Below are positions 51,946 to 60,248 of a stretch of DNA of 60,361 bases, piece by piece (positions within the stretch are counted from its first letter, which is position 1; each line of letters starts with the position of its first letter). Made by a program: the position numbers and the translations under genes. The notes beneath the pieces were generated by a model. The model ran no database searches. It saw only the letters and a program-made list of their open reading frames with translations, and was not told the origin of the DNA. Source of the stretch: a bacterium (lineage in GTDB: Bacteria; Zixibacteria; MSB-5A5; CAIYYT01); the NCBI GenBank assembly GCA_030631605.1, contig DAOVKV010000001.1, positions 1-60,361 of the forward strand, given 5' to 3'.

Positions 51946-52248
51946 ATGGGACGTGGAGGTAGAGGTTCCGGCGGCGGTAGTGGTGGTCAGGGCGGTGGAG
52001 GTGGACGTGGCCAGGGTGGCGGCCAAGGACAGGGTGGCGGCAAAAAAGGCGGTGGTGATCAGGGAGGTGGTCAAGGGCAGGGTCGTGGCGGTGGTCGTGG
52101 GCGCTTTCAAGATCAGGGTGGCAGCGGCGCTGGTATCGGTGGAGAATGTGTTTGCCCCAGTTGCGGGGCAACAGCGCCGCACCAAATGGGCGCACCCTGC
52201 AATAGTATACAGTGCCCTAAGTGTGGCCAGACGATGACAAGAAAATGA
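51946..52248 (+). CDS. Gly-rich protein with a C-terminal zinc ribbon (100 aa)
   Basis: ~75 aa of GGxG/RGG low complexity, then CVCPSCG...CPKCG. It starts 3 nt after the previous stop. Alternative-frame ORFs here are shadows of the GC-rich repeat. Confidence 0.5.
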   Translation: MGRGGRGSGGGSGGQGGGGGRGQGGGQGQGGGKKGGGDQGGGQGQGRGGGRGRFQDQGGSGAGIGGECVCPSCGATAPHQMGAPCNSIQCPKCGQTMTRK

Positions 52249-52267
52249 TGGAAGCAACGGCGCTACA

Positions 52268-53140
52268 ATGCAGATAGCTATCGCCAGCGGCAAAGGCGGC
52301 ACCGGCAAGACGACGGTCGCGACCAACCTGGCCGTCGCCCTGGCCGATGCCGGCGAGAAAGTCGCCTATCTTGACTGCGATGTTGAGGAACCTAATGGTC
52401 ATATCTTCATCAAGCCTGAGATCGACCGCAGCGTCAAAATCGAGTTGCCTTTCCCGCAGGTAGACCTGGAGAAATGCACTTTCTGCGGTGAATGTGCTGA
52501 GGCCTGCAAGTTTGGGGCGATGGCGGTAGTTCCGGATAACGTTTTGATCTTTTCGGAACTCTGTCATAGTTGTGGCGCCTGCTTTCACCTCTGTCCGGAG
52601 AAGGCGATCAATGAAATCCCCCGAACGATAGGCGCGGTCCGGCAGGGTTCCGGTATGGGAGTCGATTTCGCCGAAGGGCGGCTTCAGGTCGGCGAGCCGC
52701 TGGCGCCACCTGTTGTTGCGGCTGTCAAACGGTCGATCACACCTGACATAGTGCGTATCCTCGACGCCTCACCGGGTACCACCTGCCCCACGATTGAAGC
52801 AGTCAAGGGGAGTGATTTCGTTCTGCTTGTAACCGAACCGACTCCCTTCGGCTTGAACGACCTGAAACTGGCGGTGGCGATGCTGCAAAAAATGGCATTG
52901 CCGTTTGCGGTAATTATCAACCGCGCTGACATCGGCGATGACCGAGTCGAAGAATACTGCCTGGCGGCAGGCATCGATGTACTTTTGAGGATTCCCCACG
53001 ATAGGAAAATCGCGGAAGTTTATTCTCGAGGTGAGATGATTCTAAACAGTCATCCTGATTATCGGAAGAAGATGCTTTCACTTTATCAGGACATACTGAA
53101 CAGGTTGTCATATGCAAGAACTGGTAATCCTCAGCGGTAA
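52268..53140 (+). CDS. MinD/ParA-superfamily P-loop ATPase with an inserted 4Fe-4S ferredoxin domain (paralogue 1)
   Basis: IAIASGKGGTGKTTVATNLA is a deviant Walker A. It has CTFCGECAEACKF and CHSCGACFHLCPE ferredoxin motifs. COG1149-like, from memory. Confidence 0.85.
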   Translation: MQIAIASGKGGTGKTTVATNLAVALADAGEKVAYLDCDVEEPNGHIFIKPEIDRSVKIELPFPQVDLEKCTFCGECAEACKFGAMAVVPDNVLIFSELCHSCGACFHLCPEKAINEIPRTIGAVRQGSGMGVDFAEGRLQVGEPLAPPVVAAVKRSITPDIVRILDASPGTTCPTIEAVKGSDFVLLVTEPTPFGLNDLKLAVAMLQKMALPFAVIINRADIGDDRVEEYCLAAGIDVLLRIPHDRKIAEVYSRGEMILNSHPDYRKKMLSLYQDILNRLSYARTGNPQR

Positions 53141-54044
53141 GGGCGGCACTGGCAAAACCAGCCTGGTCGGTTCCCTGGCGGTACTGGCGGAAAAGAAAGT
53201 GTTGGTTGATTGCGATGTCGACGCCGCCAACCTCTATCTAATTACCAAGCCGCAAATCGTGAGGAAGGAGAGTTTCTCCGGCGGGATCAAGGCGCGAATC
53301 GATCAGCAAAAATGCAACTCCTGCGGCGTCTGTCTTGATTACTGCCGTTTCGAGGCGATTACCGTTTCCGACGACGGCGTCAACGGCAGCAATCCGGTAT
53401 TCGATATTGATCAGTTGGCCTGCGAGGGTTGTGATCTCTGTTCTCACTTCTGTCCCGAAGATGCGATAATAACAGCGCCAGTAGAAACAGGTGAATGGTA
53501 CATATCAGATACTCCTTACGGACCGATGGTGCATGGGCGTCTTGGTATCGCTGAGGGGAACTCCGGCAAACTGGTCTCGTTGCTGCGGGACCAGGCGCGA
53601 GACCTCGCCGCCGAACGGGAGCTTAACCTGGCGATAATCGACGGGCCGCCGGGGATCGGCTGTCCGGCGATTGCTACCCTCACCGGTGCCAGTTATGTCC
53701 TGATTGTCACCGAACCGTCCCTGTCCGCTTATCATGATCTGAAGCGGGTGGCTGATCTCGCCCGCCATTTCCGGCTGCCGGTAGGAATTTGCCTGAACAA
53801 ATCTGATATAAACGCCAGGATAGCTGGTGAGATTGAGACCTACGCTCGCAATAATAATATGGACTTTCTCGGCGCTTTACCCTATGATGCATTGTTTACC
53901 AGAGCGCAGGTTGCGGGAAAGACGCTGATTGAATATACTTCAAACCAGACTACTGATCGTATCAGATCATTGTGGGTCAGACTGCAAGAGAAGCTTGAAT
54001 TGGGAAATAAGGACTCGCTTCCAGCCGACCAGAAAAAAAGATGA
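53112..54044 (+). CDS. MinD/ParA-superfamily P-loop ATPase with an inserted 4Fe-4S ferredoxin domain (paralogue 2)
   Basis: VILSGKGGTGKTSLVGSLA. CNSCGVCLDYCRF and CEGCDLCSHFCPE. 29-nt overlap with paralogue 1. Confidence 0.85.
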   Translation: MQELVILSGKGGTGKTSLVGSLAVLAEKKVLVDCDVDAANLYLITKPQIVRKESFSGGIKARIDQQKCNSCGVCLDYCRFEAITVSDDGVNGSNPVFDIDQLACEGCDLCSHFCPEDAIITAPVETGEWYISDTPYGPMVHGRLGIAEGNSGKLVSLLRDQARDLAAERELNLAIIDGPPGIGCPAIATLTGASYVLIVTEPSLSAYHDLKRVADLARHFRLPVGICLNKSDINARIAGEIETYARNNNMDFLGALPYDALFTRAQVAGKTLIEYTSNQTTDRIRSLWVRLQEKLELGNKDSLPADQKKR

Positions 54045-54070
54045 CTCTTCAACATAAGGAGCCAACAGAC

Positions 54071-54466
54071 ATGAAAATCGCGGTGCCGACATCAGATGGT
54101 CTCTTGTCTCCCCATTTCGGGCGCTGCCAGGAGTTTACTATTCTGGAAGTCGAGTCTTCAGGGGGGGAAATTGTCGCTGTGGAACATGCGAATCCACCGG
54201 CGCATCAGCCGGGGGCGTTTCCGCAATGGCTCAGTCAATTGGGCGTTAGCCTTGTAATCGCCGGTGGTATGGGAGTGCGGGCCATCCAGATGTTTGAAGC
54301 AAGCGGCATCAAGGTTATCTCTGGGGCGGCGGCGTTACCTCCTGAGGAGTTAGCCAAAGCCTATCTGGAAGGCGAGATGTCCAGCGAGGAGAACCCCTGC
54401 GATCATGACAGCAGCCAGCCGTGCCAGGGGCATGAAGGCAGTCCCCGCAGGCGAGGATGCCGGTAA
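54071..54466 (+). CDS. NifX/NifB-like (Nitro_FeMo-Co family) protein
   Basis: Start moved to ATG 54071 (MKIAVPTSDGLLSPHFGRCQEFTILEV...GVSLVIAGGMGVRAIQMF) after AAGGAG. Confidence 0.8.
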   Translation: MKIAVPTSDGLLSPHFGRCQEFTILEVESSGGEIVAVEHANPPAHQPGAFPQWLSQLGVSLVIAGGMGVRAIQMFEASGIKVISGAAALPPEELAKAYLEGEMSSEENPCDHDSSQPCQGHEGSPRRRGCR

Positions 54467-54819
54467 ATGGCAACGCCAAGCGGACCAAGCCACTTGACCT
54501 GTAGTACTTATAACCATGACTGTGACAAAAAAAGGTGAGCGGCGTCCTAATCAGGTAGGTGCTCCAGAAAACTGGATTAACGCGCTTAGGCTGTCCTGAC
54601 ACCCCGAGCTAAAAACCTGAACTCGGTACTTGGACCCAGGCTTACCGCTCACCAACAGATATTCGCCAGGCCGAGTGTACCCCAACCTGCTGTTACATGA
54701 GCATATCACCAGTTAATATATGGCAGTTCTATCCCCCTGTCAATGAGAGAATCGGAAACACAGAAATCAAATCACGACGGTCTTTGACCTGCCTCATATT
54801 CAGGCTTTTGATATAGCTT

Positions 54820-55698
54820 CTACTCGATCGCCTGCCTGATTGCCCGGATGTGCTCCGGCGTCGTACCACAACACCCGCCGATGATCGAGACACCAGCGTC
54901 AATCAAATCTTTCGCCTTCCCGGCCATGTATTCCGGTGTCTCCGGGTAAACCAGTACACCATCTTCTATTTCAGGCAGTCCCGCATTGGATTGGATAAGC
55001 AAAGGCAGCTTCGTATGCTTCCTGAAGCGACGGGCGATCTTAATCATATTATTGATACCGTTACCGCAGTTGGAACCGATGATATCCGCGCCGATGGTAG
55101 CCAGGCGCGCGGCGGCGGTTTCGATATCGACACCCATGACGGTAAAGAAACCTTTCGGTGTGGCGTCAAAGGTCATCGTCGCCATCACGGGAATGGTGGC
55201 AGACACCGCGCGGGTCGCCTCAATCGCCAGGCTTGCCTCAGTCAGGTCGGTCATGGTTTCAACGCAAATGATATCAACACCGGCGTCGATCAGCGCGCTG
55301 ACCTGCCGTTTGAAGCTTTCGAACATGGCTTCCGGTTTAGTATCACCATAGGGTTTTAATATCTTACCGGAAGGCCCGCAAGAGGCGGAGACATAAGCCT
55401 GCTGACCAACGGCTTGCCGGACAGCCTTGACCGCCTTGCGGTTGATCTCTTCAGTTTGATCCGCCAGCGAATAATCAGCCAGCCGCAGCGGTGAAGCGCC
55501 AAACGTATTGGTCTGGATGATCTCGGCGCCGGCGTCAAAATACGCCTGAGCAATTTCTGTGAGCAGGGCGGGTTTGGTGAGATTAAGGGCTTCCGGACAG
55601 TCGCCCGCTTTCAAGCCACGACTGAAGAGCATCGTCCCCATCGCGCCGTCAGCGACCAGAATCTCGCCTTGCCTTACCCTATCAAGTATACTTCTCAT
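54820..55698 (-). CDS. Homocysteine S-methyltransferase-domain protein (MetH Hcy-binding module as a stand-alone protein)
   Basis: 292-aa ORF. ILVADGAMGTMLF, IIQTNTFGA, Zn-ligand Cys in GSNCGNG and a Cys pair in IGGCCGTTPEHI. Confidence 0.8.
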   Translation of the reverse strand: MRSILDRVRQGEILVADGAMGTMLFSRGLKAGDCPEALNLTKPALLTEIAQAYFDAGAEIIQTNTFGASPLRLADYSLADQTEEINRKAVKAVRQAVGQQAYVSASCGPSGKILKPYGDTKPEAMFESFKRQVSALIDAGVDIICVETMTDLTEASLAIEATRAVSATIPVMATMTFDATPKGFFTVMGVDIETAAARLATIGADIIGSNCGNGINNMIKIARRFRKHTKLPLLIQSNAGLPEIEDGVLVYPETPEYMAGKAKDLIDAGVSIIGGCCGTTPEHIRAIRQAIE

Positions 55699-55699
55699 C

Positions 55700-56338
55700 T
55701 CATTCCCTGCCGATGAGAGCTTTGACCCGCTCTACCGCGCTGACGCCGTCAAAAGCGTAGGCATCGGCACCGATCTGATCGGCAAATTTTTGGGTGACTG
55801 GCGCACCACCGATGATGACTTTGATCTTGCTTAACAATCGTCGCTCACGGAGCAGGTCGATAACCTGTTTCATCACCGGCATCGTTGTGGTCAACAGCGC
55901 TGACAGGCCGATGGCCCCGGCTTCTTCCTTCTCAGCAGCGGACACGAACTGCTCCGGGGTAACATCACTGCCCAGATCGATGACCTCAAACCCCGCGCCT
56001 TTGAGCATGATTGCCACCAGGTTCTTGCCGATATCATGCAGGTCGCCCTGTACCGACCCGATCACCACCTTGCCGCTGGTCGGTATATTCTCCCTGATCA
56101 TCAGCGGTTTGAGCAGGTCCATACCGGCATACATCGCCCGTGCCGCCAGAAGCACCTGCGGCAGGAAGATCTCATGCGCCTTGAACCGTTCACCGATCAC
56201 CGCCATACCGCCGATCAAACCGTCATCAAGTATCTGTTTCGGCGGCAGCTTCTTCTCTATTGCCCGGCGGGTAAGCTCGGCCACATGTGTATCGTTACCC
56301 TTTTGCAAACTCGCGGAAATCTGTTCTAATATACCCAC
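55700..56338 (-). CDS. Corrinoid (B12-binding) protein
   Basis: 212-aa ORF. Cap helices plus a Rossmann domain with VQGDLHDIGKNLV (DxHxxG), LSALLTTT and IIGGAP. Confidence 0.85.
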   Translation of the reverse strand: MGILEQISASLQKGNDTHVAELTRRAIEKKLPPKQILDDGLIGGMAVIGERFKAHEIFLPQVLLAARAMYAGMDLLKPLMIRENIPTSGKVVIGSVQGDLHDIGKNLVAIMLKGAGFEVIDLGSDVTPEQFVSAAEKEEAGAIGLSALLTTTMPVMKQVIDLLRERRLLSKIKVIIGGAPVTQKFADQIGADAYAFDGVSAVERVKALIGRE

Positions 56339-56363
56339 TACGAATTTTCTCCAACAGGCAAAC

Positions 56364-57077
56364 TTAAATACTCAATCTTGTCGGCATCCGCGTCTGGCAG
56401 GAATGATCCTGACAGGCAGCACAAAATGGATAGGAGTCGGCAATAACAAACAGACCAGGCGCGCCTGCCAGCAGCACTCCGGAGACAGATTTCAACGGCT
56501 CCATCAGGAAACTTGATCGCAAGGTGATACCGATCTCCTCAGGTTGCAGGTAAGCAAACAGGCGCTTCTGCCCACTGATATGCCAGCCGCAGTAGCCGGG
56601 GCTGAAACGTGATGCTGCCATCGTTGTCATAGTCTGTTGTCTTTTCACGAGATTTTCAAGGAAGCGATACTCAATATCAGCGGCGGCGCGGTCGGCAGCG
56701 GCTGATGCAACTGCATCAAGCAGCGAACCGAGCGCAAACTCTCTCGTTTGGAAAAGCTCGCTAATTTTCGTCTCGACATCGTGACCGATGGTCACGGCAA
56801 AAAGAGCAAGACACTCTGCTTGGGGATATATCTCAGCAACAGGCGTGACCGGTTCATTGCGGCCTTCGCCTGCATAGATTTTCTCAAACTCAAGGGTGGA
56901 TATTTCGGCCATTATCGCCACCGGTCGGGCTAATTGCTCAAATAGAGTGAAAGCATCGTCAAGGAGACCAATGATTCTATCATCAGGTTTTTCCGCCGCA
57001 GGTATGCCCTGGGCTTGTAGTACTTCTGCTTCTTCTGGAAGAACACCTCGTACAGGCAGTGAAACAATCTTCTTCAT
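56364..57077 (-). CDS. Methionine-synthase activation-domain-like protein (Met_synt_B12 family)
   Basis: 237-aa ORF. RFSPGYCGWHISGQKRLFAYLQPEEIGITLRSSFLMEPLKSVSGV matches the PGY..W...Q..LF...IG..L.....M.P.KSVS pattern of the MetH reactivation domain. C-terminal CAACQDHSC. Confidence 0.65.
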   Translation of the reverse strand: MKKIVSLPVRGVLPEEAEVLQAQGIPAAEKPDDRIIGLLDDAFTLFEQLARPVAIMAEISTLEFEKIYAGEGRNEPVTPVAEIYPQAECLALFAVTIGHDVETKISELFQTREFALGSLLDAVASAAADRAAADIEYRFLENLVKRQQTMTTMAASRFSPGYCGWHISGQKRLFAYLQPEEIGITLRSSFLMEPLKSVSGVLLAGAPGLFVIADSYPFCAACQDHSCQTRMPTRLSI

Positions 57078-58534
57078 GTTGTCTGATCGGGCAAGTGTTC
57101 CATGCCGTGACGGTGCGCTTCCCTCTGCATCAAGCGCGTCAGCTCTTTCTTACAATCATCAGGCAGACGGGAGGGTCGGTATTCCGTTAGCAGTTTGCTT
57201 ACTTCCTGAGCGGCACGCTGCCGCAAGGTAAAGCCGCCCTCTTCCTGCCAGCGTGACTTGTTGGCACGGTTGATGACCGGGCCAGGGAAATAGTGTTCAT
57301 CGCGGAGGTATCGTTGCGAGTGTTCCGAAATCAGCAGATGTTTCTCCTTAAGCAGTTCCTCGAAGCGAGGCAACGCCGGAAAATCCTCTTTCGGTTCGAT
57401 CCCCTTGAGCATACGCAGGGTCATGCCGCAGATCTCGTTGTCGACAACCAGCTTTTCCAGGCTCTGGCAACTTTCAAAGTCGATCATCCCGGGCCCGGAG
57501 ATGTTGTTAATGCCTGCTAACGCCGCCAGGGTCGCTCCCATCGAGGTCTCCAAACCGGCTTGCGCATCGAGCGCATTGGCGTCACTCAAACCGATGTAAG
57601 CCTGAGTCGGCAGACCGAGATGTTTGCCGATCTCGTTGTGGGCGCAGTCGATCATCATCGTCTCCACCGCACCCATCGGGGTGGTTTCATAGCGAACGTC
57701 GAAGACAGCAGGCGAACCGCCGTAAAGAGCGGGCGCGCCAGGATTGGTCAACTGGCTGATGACAATGCCGGAAAGCGTTTCCGCCGTGTGCTGTACCAGT
57801 GTCCCCACCAGTGTCACCGGCGCCATGAAACCGGAAAGAGGCATTGAGATATACTCGACCGGAATCCCGTAGCGGGCGCAGTCAACCAGGTTTTGCGAAG
57901 TGACATCACTCCACTTTAAGGGTGCCGTCGGACAGACCGAAAAGATGGTCAGGGGTCTTTCTTTTAATCCCGATTCACTGCCGCGCACCGCCAGTTGCAG
58001 TTCTTTCATAATCGTGAATGCCTCAATGGTGAAAGCGCCGGTCACCACCGGTTTCTCGCAGTGCAGCAGACTGAGGTAGAGACGGTAACTGTCGGAGACC
58101 TGTGCGTTCACGTCGGTCGGGATCAGGGCGGTGCTCTGGGAAGCGATATGGTTAAGCCTGCTTACCAGTTTGGTATACTTGATATAGTCGGCGCTGGTCG
58201 GAGGACGCATTTCCCCTGTCTCATTGTCCAGGATTGTTATCGCCGCGGAACCGGGAGTGAAGTGAACATTGTCGCCGCTGAAATCATGAGTCTCATTGCC
58301 CAGGACATCATAGAGTTTGAATGAGTGACATGCGGTTTTCAAGGCGTTGTCGATGATTCCATCTGTCAAGATGGCATGATGTTTCTCGAGATCAATAGTC
58401 GCGCCATGATCAGCCAGCATTTTCAGGATATCCTGGTTATGGATATCCAGTCCCGGACGGCAGAGGAGTATTCGCGCCTCTCTGACGATCTGCTCAATGA
58501 GATCATCACTTAAGAACTTAAGCTTTGGTCGCAC
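57074..58534 (-). CDS. MttB-superfamily (trimethylamine methyltransferase family) protein, non-pyrrolysine type
   Basis: 486-aa uninterrupted ORF with no in-frame TAG. GTG start after GGAGG. N-terminal FLSDDLIEQIVREARILLCRPGLDIHNQDILKMLADHGA and overall length are typical of the MttB family. ATGA-type 4-nt overlap with the next gene. Confidence 0.8.
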   Translation of the reverse strand: MRPKLKFLSDDLIEQIVREARILLCRPGLDIHNQDILKMLADHGATIDLEKHHAILTDGIIDNALKTACHSFKLYDVLGNETHDFSGDNVHFTPGSAAITILDNETGEMRPPTSADYIKYTKLVSRLNHIASQSTALIPTDVNAQVSDSYRLYLSLLHCEKPVVTGAFTIEAFTIMKELQLAVRGSESGLKERPLTIFSVCPTAPLKWSDVTSQNLVDCARYGIPVEYISMPLSGFMAPVTLVGTLVQHTAETLSGIVISQLTNPGAPALYGGSPAVFDVRYETTPMGAVETMMIDCAHNEIGKHLGLPTQAYIGLSDANALDAQAGLETSMGATLAALAGINNISGPGMIDFESCQSLEKLVVDNEICGMTLRMLKGIEPKEDFPALPRFEELLKEKHLLISEHSQRYLRDEHYFPGPVINRANKSRWQEEGGFTLRQRAAQEVSKLLTEYRPSRLPDDCKKELTRLMQREAHRHGMEHLPDQTT

Positions 58535-58652
58535 TACGCTATTCCTAACCTCCTACCGTAAACAGTATACCTTTGCATAATAAGGGAAGACCCCCTCGGA
58601 ATGTCAAGCGGGCAAACCGTTTGAGATTTCGCCTCGAGCCACCCCCGTCGGC

Positions 58653-58681
58653 TTGACAGCTTGTAATCCAATCGATATATT
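58653..58681 (+). promoter_or_regulatory. Sigma-70-type promoter for pyrE, TTGACA-N17-TATATT
   Basis: Hexamers read directly from the sequence, followed by GGGAGG and GTG 58709. Confidence 0.5.
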
Positions 58682-58708
58682 GGCTGCACTAACACGTGGG
58701 AGGTTTTA

Positions 58709-59263
58709 GTGTCGGAACAATCCAGGCAACTACGCAACCAACTCCTGGAGTTGGTCAATAAACACGCCGTGATTCATGGCGATTTCGTGCTGACTTCCGG
58801 GCAGAAATCAACCTACTATATCGACGGCAAGCTGCTCTCACTGATGCCGGACGGTCTGCTTTGCCTGGCACAGGTTATCCTGGAGATGATAGCAGAGGAT
58901 GAAGTCGACGCAGTCGGCGGCCTCACCCTGGGCGCTGACCCGATCATCGGCGCGGTGGTAGCGCTCTCGCAGGAGAGCGGTCGGCCGCTCAAGGGTTTGA
59001 TCGTCCGCAAGGAACGTTCCGGTCACGGCCGCACCAAGCGTATCGAGGGACCGTTACAGCAAGGCATGAAGGTTGTGGTAATCGAGGATGTCGTCACTAC
59101 CGGCTCGTCATCGATCACCGCCGGTGAGGCCCTCGAAGAAGCGGGCAGCGAAATCGTCAAGGTAGTGGCGATGGTGGATCGCCTGGCCGGCGGTCAGGAA
59201 AACTTCAAGGCCAAAGGCTACCGTTTTGAACCGATCTTCACGCTTGACGATTTGAATATCTGA
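58709..59263 (+). CDS. pyrE: Orotate phosphoribosyltransferase
   Basis: GDFVLTSGQKSTYYIDGK and the PRPP loop VVVIEDVVTTGSS. Confidence 0.9.
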   Translation: MSEQSRQLRNQLLELVNKHAVIHGDFVLTSGQKSTYYIDGKLLSLMPDGLLCLAQVILEMIAEDEVDAVGGLTLGADPIIGAVVALSQESGRPLKGLIVRKERSGHGRTKRIEGPLQQGMKVVVIEDVVTTGSSSITAGEALEEAGSEIVKVVAMVDRLAGGQENFKAKGYRFEPIFTLDDLNI

Positions 59264-60246
59264 TGCCGGAAAGCAGGGTCTACCAGACAAGCGACTGTGA
59301 TCGCGGCAAGATCAAGGGCAAACGGATCACTGTTGTCGGCTATGGTTCGCAGGGACGTGCCTTTGCGCTCAATCTGCGTGACTGCGGTATGGATGTTCGA
59401 GTCGCTTTACGTGATAGCAGCCCATCACTTGCAGAAGCGAAGGCTGATGGCATTGAAGTCAGCTCCCTGGCACAAGCTGCCGACGCCGATATTATTATCC
59501 TGGCGATCCCCGACCATGAACATACTCTGTTCTACGATGACTGCCTCAAGGAGAAAAGCAGTCACAAACAGATTATCGTATTCTTGAGCGGCGCTAATGT
59601 GTATTACGACAATATCGACTTTGACTCTCGACATGATGTTATCCTGATTGCACCGCACGGGCCGGGAAGCGATCTGCGGGAGAAGTATCTATCGGGTGCG
59701 GGACTCTCCTGCTTTCTGGCAATCACGCCGAACGCCTCTGAAAAAGCTAAGGAGATCGGCCTGGCAATCGCTGACGCTATCGGCTGCAGCCAGGCGGGTA
59801 TCTACGAAACTACCTTCAGAGACGAAGCTATCGGCGACCTGTTCGGGGAGCAGGCATTGCTGGTCGGCGGCCTGGCGGGGATGACGATGGCGGTATTTGA
59901 CAAGCTCGTCGATCGGGGTTTGAAGCCGGAACATGCCTACCTGGAAACCGTCGCCCAGTTGAAGCTGCTGGCGTCGATGATCGAGAAATATGGTCCCGCG
60001 GGAATGATGGCGCGTGTTTCGAAAACCGCCCTATCCGGTTCGCTGATGGCGATGCTGCTGCTGTTCAACGAGGATTTCGATCAGCGACTGGACAAGATTT
60101 ATGAGTTCGTCGCTTCCGGTGAGTTCAACAAATTCCTGCAGAATGAAGCCTGTAACGGTTTCGTCAAGACCAGGGAGATGCTGAAACTGCTGCACGATGA
60201 TCCCTGTCAGCAGGCAGCCGAAACCTTCGATCGCACCGGAGACTGA
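59263..60246 (+). CDS. ilvC: Ketol-acid reductoisomerase (class I)
   Basis: ITVVGYGSQGRAFALNLRDCG, IAPHGPG and DLFGEQALLVGG. TGATG overlap with the pyrE stop. Confidence 0.9.
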   Translation: MPESRVYQTSDCDRGKIKGKRITVVGYGSQGRAFALNLRDCGMDVRVALRDSSPSLAEAKADGIEVSSLAQAADADIIILAIPDHEHTLFYDDCLKEKSSHKQIIVFLSGANVYYDNIDFDSRHDVILIAPHGPGSDLREKYLSGAGLSCFLAITPNASEKAKEIGLAIADAIGCSQAGIYETTFRDEAIGDLFGEQALLVGGLAGMTMAVFDKLVDRGLKPEHAYLETVAQLKLLASMIEKYGPAGMMARVSKTALSGSLMAMLLLFNEDFDQRLDKIYEFVASGEFNKFLQNEACNGFVKTREMLKLLHDDPCQQAAETFDRTGD

Positions 60247-60248
60247 AC

